NCBI GenBank assembly: GCA_947501605.1
Contig: CANMWZ010000015.1
Location: 33,953 to 97,952 of the forward strand
DNA length: 64,000 bases
Source of the DNA: Planctomycetota bacterium
GTDB taxonomy: Bacteria > Planctomycetota > UBA1135 > UBA2386
Direction: 5' to 3'
A program made the position numbers and the translations under genes. How positions within the stretch are numbered: the first letter of the stretch is position 1; each line of letters starts with the position of its first letter. The notes below the pieces were generated by a model. It had not been told where the DNA came from. It searched no databases and saw only the letters and a program-made list of their open reading frames with translations. Positions 17,416 to 26,618 of this stretch are shown here, piece by piece.

Positions 17416-19224
17416 TCAGCCGATCGGCGCGCTGGCCACGTTGGGCACTTGGTGCAACAGCGTGATCAGGTCGCCGCCGGTCTTGCCGTCGAGCCAGTGC
17501 GCCTTCGCCAGTTCGAGGTCGAAGATCTCGGTCCAGAACCCGCCCTGCGCGAACGCCTCTTCGACCAGCGGGTAGGCCATCGTGCGCCAGTACGAGCGAT
17601 AGCCAAACTTGTGCCTTCTGCGCTGCTGACGCCACTCCGGCAGGTTCTCGTCGCCGGGCTTCGACTCGGGTGCGGCGATCGCCGGCACGCGTCCCGAGCG
17701 CAGGTCCTCTTCGGTCACCTGGTCCTCGAACGGGAAGGCCGCCCACTCGGGCGCATTCTTCTTCGTGATGTAGCGATGCATCGGCTTGGTCACGAGTTCG
17801 TCCTCCGGCAGCGCGTAGCACGCGCGGATCATGTCCGGGCTCAGGAACGGTGCTACCACGAGGCCCGTCTGCGAGTTGACGGTCGCCGAACCCCAGCGCC
17901 GGGTGTACTCGTTCAAGAACAGGTAATGCAACGGACCACGGCCGGTGAGCCCGTGCTCATGCGCCGCGCGATAGGCCTGCCGCAGGATCTCGCGCACCGA
18001 GTGGAACTGATCCTTCCGCAGATACACCGGCGCTTCGCGCAGCAGCACGTCGAGCAGCAGCTCTTCGTAGCGCTCAGGCGGATGCTGGCCGGCGTCGATC
18101 TTGCGCGCGAAGTCGGCTTTGCCGATGCCGCCGTGTTGCCCCATCACGTTGACGACGCCGCCGTCGAGCTTGTCCTTGCCCTCGCGCGCCAGGAAGTTCT
18201 TGTGCTTCAGGGTCGCGAAGTTGCCACTCTGCCAGAGCAACGACTTCTGCAGGCTCGCGCGGCAGCCATCGACGGTGTCCGACGGCAAGCCGCCGCCTTC
18301 TTTGATCCGGATCTTGAGACCAGCGATGCGCGCCAGTTCGGCCGCGATCATCACGTCGACATTGGTCGTGCTGCCGCGCACGCGCAGGTCGTAGTCGAAG
18401 CCGAGCACACGCAGACAGGAAACCACCGTTCGACTGTCCCAGCCACCCGAGAGGCCGACGCTGGGCTTGGTCCAGATCTCATTGGCATCGGTCAACAGGT
18501 TCATCATCGCGTTGCGGCCGAGCTCGAACGCGTCCTGCCGAGCCATCGGCAGCGGCTTGACCCAGCCGCGCACGACATCGATGACGTCGCGAGCTACTCG
18601 GTGTTCACGCAGCTCGATGCGACTGCCCCCCTTGACGTAGCGAACGCCGTGAAAACCGCTGCGCGCCTGTGGGAACCAGCCGGCAACCATGCGCACGGCC
18701 CAGTCCTCGGTCGACGGCCGCAGCACGACGCCGAGCGCGCGCATCGCCATGACGCGGTTCGTCAAGACGTAGATCTCGTCGTCCTCGTACTCGAACAGCT
18801 GCGACTGCCCGAGGCCGTCGTTGTGGATCACGATGCCGCGTGGACCGCCGCATACGAGGGCTCCTGGCGGGATCATCGCCGCGAGCGTCGAGGCACGCTT
18901 TTGCTCGAGCAGTCGCGACAGGGCCAGGAGGATCTTGCCGTCCGCAGGCAGACCACCGCCGTCGCGAACGAGGCGCCGCGCGTTGAGCGGGTACTCGACC
19001 GCGAGGGCAAACTGATCGCCTTGCTCTTCCCAGAGCGGCACCCTCAGGCCCGCTACCGGCAACTCGAGCCAGGTGACGCACGCCGAACCGAAGGTCCGGT
19101 GGTGCACCGCTGGCAGCGGGTCAAACAGATGGCCGAACTGTTGAAGCAGCCGCGCGCCGATGCGATCGGCCGACAGCTCAGTGCGACGGGGATCCTTATG
19201 CTGCCAGATGAGTACGATGCGCAT
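17416..19224 (-). CDS. Asparagine synthetase-like protein (adenine nucleotide alpha-hydrolase domain)
   Basis: PP-loop VGLSGGWDSR, DVMIAAELARIAG, APFLSPDM; no N-terminal Cys after Met. Confidence 0.75.
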   Translation of the reverse strand: MRIVLIWQHKDPRRTELSADRIGARLLQQFGHLFDPLPAVHHRTFGSACVTWLELPVAGLRVPLWEEQGDQFALAVEYPLNARRLVRDGGGLPADGKILLALSRLLEQKRASTLAAMIPPGALVCGGPRGIVIHNDGLGQSQLFEYEDDEIYVLTNRVMAMRALGVVLRPSTEDWAVRMVAGWFPQARSGFHGVRYVKGGSRIELREHRVARDVIDVVRGWVKPLPMARQDAFELGRNAMMNLLTDANEIWTKPSVGLSGGWDSRTVVSCLRVLGFDYDLRVRGSTTNVDVMIAAELARIAGLKIRIKEGGGLPSDTVDGCRASLQKSLLWQSGNFATLKHKNFLAREGKDKLDGGVVNVMGQHGGIGKADFARKIDAGQHPPERYEELLLDVLLREAPVYLRKDQFHSVREILRQAYRAAHEHGLTGRGPLHYLFLNEYTRRWGSATVNSQTGLVVAPFLSPDMIRACYALPEDELVTKPMHRYITKKNAPEWAAFPFEDQVTEEDLRSGRVPAIAAPESKPGDENLPEWRQQRRRHKFGYRSYWRTMAYPLVEEAFAQGGFWTEIFDLELAKAHWLDGKTGGDLITLLHQVPNVASAPIG

Positions 19225-19310
19225 GAGTCAGAGAGAGTGCCCGCAACCTCCAGACCGTTCACCACAGTTTTTATCGTGTCCGGTTTGCGCGCGGATCGAA
19301 GAATACGCCG

Positions 19311-20456
19311 ATGCCCGATCTGTCCGCCGACAAGGTACTCGCCGCCCTCCGCACCGCAGGCTTCGACTTCGTCACTGGGGTGCCATGCTCGTACCTGACG
19401 CCGCTGATCGACGCGGTCATCGGCAGTCGCGACATGCGCTATGTGCCCGCTGCCAACGAAGGCGACGCCATCGCCATCGCGGCTGGGGCGGAGATCGCCG
19501 GGCGACCGTCGATCGTGATGTTCCAGAACTCGGGCCTCGGCAACGCAGTCAACCCGCTGACTTCGCTGACCTACACCTTTCGCCTACCCGTTCTGGTGCT
19601 CACCACGTGGCGCGGCGAGCCGGGCGGCGCCCACGATGAGCCACAGCACGATCTCATGGGCGCGATCACGCCGACGATGCTCGAGTCGATGCAGGTGCCG
19701 TGGGAGCTGTTTCCCACCGATCCGAACGCGCTCGCTGCGGCGCTGCAGCGGGCGAGGGCCCACATGCAGAAGGAAGGGCGGCCGTACGCGCTGATCCTGC
19801 AGAAGGGCACGATCCAGGCGATCGGCGGGGACCTGCCGCGCACGCCGGAGCGCGTCGTGCACGCCCGCGTCGACGGCGCCTTTACCGCGGACCAGCGACT
19901 CGACCCCGACGCGGCGCTGCAGGTGCTGGTCGACGCCAGCGGCGGCCAGGACGTGATCGTCACGACCACCGGCTACTGCGGCCGCGCACTGTATGCACTC
20001 GGCGACCGCGAGAACCACTTCTACATGGTCGGCTCGATGGGCTGCGCCAGCAGCTTTGCGCTCGGCATCGCCATCGCACGACCGGACCGACGGGTGATCG
20101 TTGCCGACGGCGACGGGGCGTTGCTCATGCGCCTCTCGGCGCTGGCGACGATCGGCGTCGAGTGCCCCAACAACCTCGTCCACGTGCTGCTCGACAACGG
20201 CGTGCACGACTCGACCGGCGCGCAGGCGACGGTGTCACCGGCTGTGGATCTGGCCATGGTTGCCGCCGCGTGCGGCTATCCGTGCGCCATCCGCGCCACC
20301 GACGCCACCGCACTGCGAACGGCGATCGACGGCGCCCGCGGCCAGCTCGCCTTCGTGCACGTGCGCACCAATCCACGGCGCCAGGGCGCGTTGCCACGTC
20401 CCAAGGAGACGCCACCGGAGATCGCCGCCCGCCTACGCAAACTGCTGCGGCGCTAA
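19311..20456 (+). CDS. aepY: Phosphonopyruvate decarboxylase
   Basis: GVPCSYL, ANEGDA, QNSGLGNAVNPL, WRGEPG..DEPQH..MG, FYMVGSMG, DGDGALLM, NGVHDSTGAQ (ThDP enzyme). Confidence 0.93.
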   Translation: MPDLSADKVLAALRTAGFDFVTGVPCSYLTPLIDAVIGSRDMRYVPAANEGDAIAIAAGAEIAGRPSIVMFQNSGLGNAVNPLTSLTYTFRLPVLVLTTWRGEPGGAHDEPQHDLMGAITPTMLESMQVPWELFPTDPNALAAALQRARAHMQKEGRPYALILQKGTIQAIGGDLPRTPERVVHARVDGAFTADQRLDPDAALQVLVDASGGQDVIVTTTGYCGRALYALGDRENHFYMVGSMGCASSFALGIAIARPDRRVIVADGDGALLMRLSALATIGVECPNNLVHVLLDNGVHDSTGAQATVSPAVDLAMVAAACGYPCAIRATDATALRTAIDGARGQLAFVHVRTNPRRQGALPRPKETPPEIAARLRKLLRR

Positions 20457-20508
20457 ACCCAGTGGAGTTACTGAACCCAGTGAGTGACTGAACCCAGTGG
20501 AGTTACTG
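20456..20508. repeat. Three tandem 17-18 bp units AACCCAGTG(G)AGT(T/G)ACTG
   Basis: Units at 20456-20473, 20474-20490 and 20491-20508; fill the gap between convergent aepY and phnW. Confidence 0.85.
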
Positions 20509-20511
20509 GCG

Positions 20512-21642
20512 CTACGAAGCGCGCGCCGACGGATCGAAACCCATCGCCCGCGCCGTGGCCGCGATCGCGGCGAGCAGCGCACTCACGTCCATCGCGCCGA
20601 TTCGACCGATGTTGCCGACGCGAAAGCATGGCTCCGCCGTCAGCTTGCCCGGATAGATCACGAAGCCGAGGTCCGATAGGCGCCGGTAGAAATCTTCGAA
20701 CACAAAGCGCGCGTCGCGAGGGTAGCGGAAGGTCGCGATGATCGGTCCTTGCACAGCCGCCGGCAGGTAGCTCTCGAAGCCCAGCGCCGTCATGCCCGCG
20801 AGCAGTACCTGTTGGTTCTCGCGATACCGCAGGCCGCGGCCGGCGACTCCGCCCTCGGCATCGAGTTCGTCGAGGGCCCGCGAGAACGCCAGCAACGCAT
20901 GCACTGGCGGCGTGAAGCGAAACTGGCCGTCCTGTTCGAGCCCGCGCCACTGCGCGAACAGATCCAACGCGACGGTGCGGGACTTGCCTTCGCATGCCAG
21001 CAGCGCCGCTCGGTTGCACAGCACAAACACGAACCCTGGCACACCCTCGATGCACTTGTTCGAGGAGGACACCAGGAAATCGGCGCCGAGCGTGCGTAGA
21101 TCGACCGGAACGGCGCCGAACGCGCTCATCGAGTCGACCAACAGGCGGCGGCCATGCGCGGTCACCGCTCGGGCGATGGCCTCGATCGGGTTCATCAGTC
21201 CCGCGGTGGTCTCGCAATGCACGACCGACACATGCGTGATCGCCGGGTCCACAGCGAGCAGGGCCGCCACGTCCGCGTCCGAAAACGCGGTGTCCTCGCG
21301 CCGCCGTTCCTCGTGCACTGCGATCCCATGCACTCGCGCGATGTGCGCAATGCGGGCACCGTAGGCGCCATTGACCAGAGCCAGTAGCTTGCCGTCAGGC
21401 GGGATCGCGCACGAGATCATGGCCTCGATGCCGTAGGTGCCGCTGCCCTGCAGGATGACGGTCTCGAAGCCAAGGTCTTGGCGGACGTTGGCCAGCGCCA
21501 ACAGCCGCCGACGAACGGAACGGACAACCTCGACGAACTCGCGATCGCGCGAGCCGAGGTCGCGCAGCATGGCCTGCTTGACCGTGGCGCTGGTCGTCAA
21601 TGGCCCAGGCGTGAACAGGAGCTTGTCGGCAGGCGTGGTCAC
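20512..21642 (-). CDS. phnW: 2-aminoethylphosphonate--pyruvate transaminase (PhnW/AepZ)
   Basis: LLFTPGPLTTS, LQGSGT, VHCETTAG, DSMSAFG, SSNKCIEGVPG, RFTPPVH, IYPGKL. Confidence 0.93.
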   Translation of the reverse strand: MTTPADKLLFTPGPLTTSATVKQAMLRDLGSRDREFVEVVRSVRRRLLALANVRQDLGFETVILQGSGTYGIEAMISCAIPPDGKLLALVNGAYGARIAHIARVHGIAVHEERRREDTAFSDADVAALLAVDPAITHVSVVHCETTAGLMNPIEAIARAVTAHGRRLLVDSMSAFGAVPVDLRTLGADFLVSSSNKCIEGVPGFVFVLCNRAALLACEGKSRTVALDLFAQWRGLEQDGQFRFTPPVHALLAFSRALDELDAEGGVAGRGLRYRENQQVLLAGMTALGFESYLPAAVQGPIIATFRYPRDARFVFEDFYRRLSDLGFVIYPGKLTAEPCFRVGNIGRIGAMDVSALLAAIAATARAMGFDPSARAS

Positions 21643-21760
21643 GTAGACAGAGAACCTCACGATCACCAGAAGTGCCAGCACCGAGCCAGAAGGACCACAG
21701 GCAGGCCTCTGGGATCATGGCGGCCAAGACGTTTCGCCGGCACGATGCGAACTACCGCCA

Positions 21761-21784
21761 GTCCGCATGTCCGCATGTCCGCAA
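21761..21784 (+). repeat. Octamer tandem repeat (GTCCGCAT)x2 plus GTCCGCAA in the phnW/pstS divergent promoter region
   Basis: Read directly. Confidence 0.7.
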
Positions 21785-21830
21785 TCCAGGCAGTGCCGCC
21801 GTGGCACATGGGTTGCCTCTGCTTCGCACC

Positions 21831-22655
21831 ATGCCCCCATCCAAGTGGTTCTTCTGCGCTAGTTCCGCCGCCCTCCTGCTGATGTTCGGCTGCAACAAGA
21901 ACCAAGCGGTCCGTTTCGTGATTACGGGCAGCAGCACGTGCCAGCCGGTGCTGCAAGAGGTCACCGCAAGGCTCGAGCAGCGCGACCCGAGTGTGCGGTT
22001 TCAGGTCGAAGCCGGCGGCAGCGGTCGCGGCATCACGGACGCCAAAACCAGGAAGGCGCAAGCTGGCATGGCCTCGCGCGACCTGTTGCCCGCCGAACTG
22101 GAAGGACTGACGGTGGTGCCGTTCGCCCGCGACGGCGTGACCATCGTCGCCCACGCCAGTCGCAACCTCGCGGCCGTGACCAGCGAGCAGGTGAAGGCGA
22201 TCTACACCGGCAAGTTGACCAACTGGAAGGAACTCGGCGGGCCCGATGCAAAGATCACCGTAGTGAACAAGGCCGAAGGCCGCGCGACGCTCGAGGTCTT
22301 CCTGCAGAAGTTCAAGCTCAAGAACAGCGAGATCAAGGCCGACGTTGTGGTCGGCGACAACGCGCAATGCGTGCGCCTCGTCACCGGCGACGAGCATGCG
22401 ATCGGCTACCTGTCGATCGGCGAAGCGCTGCGCGCAGTCGAACGCAAGGAGCCCCTGCGACTCCTTGACCTCGATGGCGTCGCGGCGACGCTAGAGAACG
22501 TCCGCGACGGCTCCTTCCCGCTCGGTCGCTCGCTCTACCTGCTGTTCCCCGGCCAAGCGGACGCAGAAGGCCAACGCATCGTCGATTTCCTGGCCTCGCC
22601 CGAAGGCTCCGAACTCCTCTACGCCCAGGGCTTCGTGCCGCTGTCCGGCACCTGA
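21831..22655 (+). CDS. pstS: Phosphate ABC transporter substrate-binding lipoprotein (PstS-like)
   Basis: Lipobox LMFGC; ITGSST, GGSGRG, GMASRDL, AIGYLS. Confidence 0.82.
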   Translation: MPPSKWFFCASSAALLLMFGCNKNQAVRFVITGSSTCQPVLQEVTARLEQRDPSVRFQVEAGGSGRGITDAKTRKAQAGMASRDLLPAELEGLTVVPFARDGVTIVAHASRNLAAVTSEQVKAIYTGKLTNWKELGGPDAKITVVNKAEGRATLEVFLQKFKLKNSEIKADVVVGDNAQCVRLVTGDEHAIGYLSIGEALRAVERKEPLRLLDLDGVAATLENVRDGSFPLGRSLYLLFPGQADAEGQRIVDFLASPEGSELLYAQGFVPLSGT

Positions 22656-22799
22656 TCGGCGTCGTCGAGCATCCAAGATCGCATCGTGGGCCGGTCGTGA
22701 CTGTCCGCGGATCTGCCCCATGACCCATTGCTGCGAACTCCGGTGCCCACGCCGCTCTGCTTACGGATGCGACCAAGAGCGCCAAGCAAGCCCAGCCCC

Positions 22800-23633
22800 A
22801 TGCCACGCCTAGCCAGTCTTCTGCTTGCAGGACTTGGGCTGCTCGCCGCGCTGGCAGCGCCGGCAGTGGCGATGTTCTTGCTGTGGCGGGCCTTCCCTCT
22901 GATCGGCGACGGTCACCTGCTCCGACTCGTCGACGACGAGTGGTTCCCGGGCGAGGGCAAGTTCGGCCTGCTGCCGCTCGTGGTCGGGACCGCGTCGACC
23001 GCCGGACTGGCGCTGCTGCTCGCCGTGCCGATCGGTCTCCTGTCAGCAGTCTGGGTGCGCTTTTATGCCGGGCCGCGCCGCGCGCGCCTTGCGGAGATGA
23101 GCCTCGGCGTGATCGCCGGTATGCCTTCGGTCGTGTTCGGACTCTTCGGCACGTTCTGGATCGTCCCGGCACTCGGCGCCTCGCTGGCCTCCGCGGCACT
23201 GGTTCTGGCGATGATGGTCGTTCCGTCCTTTGCGCTGTTCGCACTTGCCGCGCTGCGACAAGTGCCCGAGGGGCTGCTGCGCGATGGCCAAGCACTCGGC
23301 TTGCACAAGAGCCGCGTGATCCGCCACCTCGCGCTGCGAACGGCGCAGCCGGGCCTCATCGGTGCGGCCACCTTGGCCCTGGCAAGGGCGCTGGGCGAAG
23401 CGCTCGCCGTCGAGATGGTCGCCGGCAACGTGCCGAACTTCCCGGACTCCTTGCTCGCGCCGGTTCGCACGCTCACGACAACCTTGGTCCAAGAGTTCGA
23501 GTACGCACACGGGGCCCACGCTGGCGCCCTCCACCTCGTCGCCTTGGCGGTCGTCGCGCTGGCGAGCATGCTCGTCACCCTCGCCTTCAAGCTCGGCCAC
23601 GGCCAGATTCACGCGGCTCCGGAGGCCGCATGA
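22800..23633 (+). CDS. pstC: Phosphate ABC transporter permease PstC
   Basis: FGLLPLVVGT, AGMPSVVFG, RALGEALAVEMVAGN, PVRTLT. Confidence 0.85.
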   Translation: MPRLASLLLAGLGLLAALAAPAVAMFLLWRAFPLIGDGHLLRLVDDEWFPGEGKFGLLPLVVGTASTAGLALLLAVPIGLLSAVWVRFYAGPRRARLAEMSLGVIAGMPSVVFGLFGTFWIVPALGASLASAALVLAMMVVPSFALFALAALRQVPEGLLRDGQALGLHKSRVIRHLALRTAQPGLIGAATLALARALGEALAVEMVAGNVPNFPDSLLAPVRTLTTTLVQEFEYAHGAHAGALHLVALAVVALASMLVTLAFKLGHGQIHAAPEAA

Positions 23634-24445
23634 GCGCGCCACCGCTGAAGCTGCTCGCAACCGGCGCTGCGATCGCCGTTGCGGCGCTGTTCTCGCTGCT
23701 GATGCTCGACATCGCGGTCGAAGGTCTTCACGGCCTGCTGGCAACGGCGCTGCCGAAGACGACGACGACGACGGCCGACGAGGGCGGCGTCTTCGCGGCT
23801 CTGCTCTCGACCGTCTCGATCAGCGTGCTGGCTCTGCTGACCTCGCTGCCCGTGGCCCTTGGCTGTGCGTGGCTCGGGGTCGAGACCTTGGCGCGGCGGC
23901 CCCGCGTCGGCACCGCCCTCCGGCGTTCCCTGGACGTAGCCAGTGCAACGCCATCGATCGCCATCGGCCTGGTCGGGTGGACGTTGTTCAGCAACAGCTT
24001 CGGACTCGGCTTTTCGCTGCTCGCCGGTGCCTTGACGCTGTCATTGATGATTGCGCCGTTGATGGCCTCGGCGTTCTTGGCCGGCATCGACGCGCTGCCC
24101 GCGGCGTTGCGCGCGCAGTCCCTCGGACTGGGCGTGAGTCGCTGGAACACGTTCTGGCGGTTGCTGCTGCCGAGTTGCCGCCCGGCCATCGCCGCAGGCA
24201 TCGTCTTGGCGCTCGGCCGCGCCACGGCGGAAACCGCGTGCCTGATCCTCACGTCCGGCATCTCGACGCGCTGGCCAGAGAGCATGGGCGATCCGGGGGC
24301 GACGCTCGCGGTCCACGTCTACCACCTCGCTCGCAACGTGCCCGACGGCGAGCCGCGGGCCTATTCTGCGGCCTTGCTGCTCGTCGTCGTCAACGCCTTG
24401 GTCCAGGTCGTGCTCGCGCGCTTGCGTCTCGGAGGCCCGCGATGA
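23630..24445 (+). CDS. pstA: Phosphate ABC transporter permease PstA
   Basis: TPSIAIGLVG, LGVSRW, LALGRATAETA, TLAVHVY; ATGA overlap with pstC. Confidence 0.85.
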   Translation: MSAPPLKLLATGAAIAVAALFSLLMLDIAVEGLHGLLATALPKTTTTTADEGGVFAALLSTVSISVLALLTSLPVALGCAWLGVETLARRPRVGTALRRSLDVASATPSIAIGLVGWTLFSNSFGLGFSLLAGALTLSLMIAPLMASAFLAGIDALPAALRAQSLGLGVSRWNTFWRLLLPSCRPAIAAGIVLALGRATAETACLILTSGISTRWPESMGDPGATLAVHVYHLARNVPDGEPRAYSAALLLVVVNALVQVVLARLRLGGPR

Positions 24446-25308
24446 TCCAGGTCCGCAAGCTCGGCGTCCGCTGCTGCGGGGCCCCGATCCTCGACGCTAT
24501 CGACCTCGATCTGCCCGACCGCGGCATCGTCGTGCTGCTGGGCCCGTCTGGCTGCGGCAAGACCACGCTGCTCCGGTGCCTCATCCGCGAGGACGAAGAG
24601 GACCGAACACTGCTGGTGTCGGGTCGAGTCATGCTCGGCGGCGACGACCTGCGCGACCCAAAGGTGCCGGTGGTCCGCGTGCGCCAGCAACTCGGGCTGG
24701 TGCCACAGCGGCCGTATCCATTTCCGGGCACGGCGTTCGAGAACGTCACCTTCGCGCTGCGTCACACCACGAGACTGTCCACCGCCGAGATCGACGCACG
24801 GGCCCTGTCGGCACTGCAGGAGGCCGGGCTCGAACTCGCCCACCATCGCACCCAGGCCGACAAACTGAGCGGCGGCCAACTCAAGCGTCTCGCGGTCGCG
24901 CGCACGATTGCGCTCGATCCGGCCGTCCTGCTGATGGACGAGCCCACCAACGGACTCGACCCGCTCGCCGTCGTGCGCATCGAGATGCTGATGACTTCGT
25001 TGGCCGAGAACCGCCTCGTCGTCGTCGTCACCCACGATCTCCACCTGGCGCGGCGCATCGCCGACCAGGTGCACTTCCTGTGGCCGTTCCCTACCGGTGC
25101 GCGCCTGGTCGAGTCGGGCCCGCCGGATCGCGTGCTCGAATCGCCGGCACATGCCGAAACCCAGCTCTTCGTCGCCGCCGCCTGGAATGGCGCAGCCGCT
25201 CTGTACGATGAGGACGACGAGATTGGTCCGCTACAACAGCGCTCGCATCTGCGACCGCGACCGCTGCCACAGTCTGACTCCGACCACGACCGCATCGCCA
25301 AGCCATGA
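24442..25308 (+). CDS. pstB: Phosphate ABC transporter ATP-binding protein PstB
   Basis: Walker A GPSGCGKT, QRPYPFP, LSGGQ, LLMDEP, VVTH; ATGA overlap. Confidence 0.85.
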   Translation: MIQVRKLGVRCCGAPILDAIDLDLPDRGIVVLLGPSGCGKTTLLRCLIREDEEDRTLLVSGRVMLGGDDLRDPKVPVVRVRQQLGLVPQRPYPFPGTAFENVTFALRHTTRLSTAEIDARALSALQEAGLELAHHRTQADKLSGGQLKRLAVARTIALDPAVLLMDEPTNGLDPLAVVRIEMLMTSLAENRLVVVVTHDLHLARRIADQVHFLWPFPTGARLVESGPPDRVLESPAHAETQLFVAAAWNGAAALYDEDDEIGPLQQRSHLRPRPLPQSDSDHDRIAKP

Positions 25309-26618
25309 CCGCATCGCCACCCCGCCCCATCCCAGTGCTCACCGGCCGCAACCTCGCTCCGTTCGAAGCCAGGATCCCCGGCTCCAAGTCCTACACCAAC
25401 CGCGCGCTGTTGCTCGCGGCGATGCGTATGGGGACGACCGAAGTGATCGGCGGCCTCGACTGCGACGACACACAGCGCCTGATGCAGGCGCTCGACGCGT
25501 TCGGCGGACTCTCGGTCACGCAGGTGAAGGGCGGCTTCCGAACGGTGCGCACGCAGCCGCGGCTCACAGCACCAAAGCAAGAGGTGCACATGGGCGCGGC
25601 CGGCACGCCAGCGCGCTTCATGCTCGCGTTTGCGGCCGCGGCCGATGGTGAGACCGTGGTCACCGGCACGCCACGGCTGTGCGACCGTCCGATGGGCGAC
25701 TTGTTGGCGGCGCTGCGCGCGATCGGCATCCGCTGCGACTGCCTCGCCAAGCCCGACTGCTTGCCCGTGCGCGTCTACGGTTCGGCGCCGAAGAACCGCA
25801 AGTGGCGCATCCACGCCGGCGTCTCGTCGCAGTTCACCAGTTCGCTGATCCTGTTCGCGAGCCAGCAGCCCGGCGAACCGATCGAGATCACACTCGAAGG
25901 CAACCAGGTGTCGCGACCGTACGTCGAGATGACGCGCTCGATGATGACGCAGTGCGGCATCCGCACCGAACGCAAGGGCGAGGACACGATCCTCGTGCAC
26001 CCAGGGACGCCAAAGCTGGAACGCATCCAGGTCGAAGCCGACGCCAGCGGCATGAGCTACTTCTTGGCGCTCGCTGCGGTCACCGGCACCACGGTGGTGA
26101 TCCCCGGCATCGACGACACCTCGGCACAAGGCGACGTCGGACTCGCCAGAGCGTTGGCGCAGATGGGCTGCAAGGTCGGATTCGAGCCGGGCAGGATCCG
26201 CATCCAAGGCGGCCAACTGCGCGGCATCGACATCGACATGGAGACAATGCCCGACGTGGTGTTGACGCTGGCGATCGTCGCGGCACGGAGCAAGGGCAGC
26301 ACGCGTGTCACCAACATCGCCAACCTCCGCGTCAAGGAGTGCGATCGCATCCATGCAGCCGCCACCGAACTAACGCGCCTCGGCCAGAAGGCTGAAGAAG
26401 GTCCCGACTGGCTTGCGATCCACCCAACCGGCTCGCTGAAGTCTGCCCTCGTTCACACCTACGACGACCACCGCGTCGCGATGGCATTCTCGATCCTCGG
26501 GCTGTTGCACCCAGGCATCGAGATCGAGGACCCAAAGTGCGTCACCAAGTCGTTCCCTGACTTTTGGACTGAGTTCGACCGCTTCTGCGCGCACCACGAC
26601 GGAGCCAAGCCAGCATGA
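25305..26618 (+). CDS. aroA: 3-phosphoshikimate 1-carboxyvinyltransferase (EPSP synthase family)
   Basis: PGSKSYTNR, SSQF, SRPYVEMT, NLRVKECDRI, DDHRVAMAF, KSFPDFW; ATGA overlap with pstB. Confidence 0.9.
   Translation: MTASPPRPIPVLTGRNLAPFEARIPGSKSYTNRALLLAAMRMGTTEVIGGLDCDDTQRLMQALDAFGGLSVTQVKGGFRTVRTQPRLTAPKQEVHMGAAGTPARFMLAFAAAADGETVVTGTPRLCDRPMGDLLAALRAIGIRCDCLAKPDCLPVRVYGSAPKNRKWRIHAGVSSQFTSSLILFASQQPGEPIEITLEGNQVSRPYVEMTRSMMTQCGIRTERKGEDTILVHPGTPKLERIQVEADASGMSYFLALAAVTGTTVVIPGIDDTSAQGDVGLARALAQMGCKVGFEPGRIRIQGGQLRGIDIDMETMPDVVLTLAIVAARSKGSTRVTNIANLRVKECDRIHAAATELTRLGQKAEEGPDWLAIHPTGSLKSALVHTYDDHRVAMAFSILGLLHPGIEIEDPKCVTKSFPDFWTEFDRFCAHHDGAKPA

Noticed and set aside
16834..19398. 854-aa plus-strand ORF, and similar long antisense ORFs at 12234-13838, 29374-31200, 33149-35164 and 56498-58210
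   Set aside because: All lie opposite well-supported genes and have no recognisable motifs
20456..20508. Possible mini-CRISPR
   Set aside because: Repeats are contiguous with no spacers, too short, and there are no cas genes
21643..21830. Pho box upstream of pstS
   Set aside because: No 11-bp-period CTGTCAT-like repeats; only an 8-bp tandem repeat
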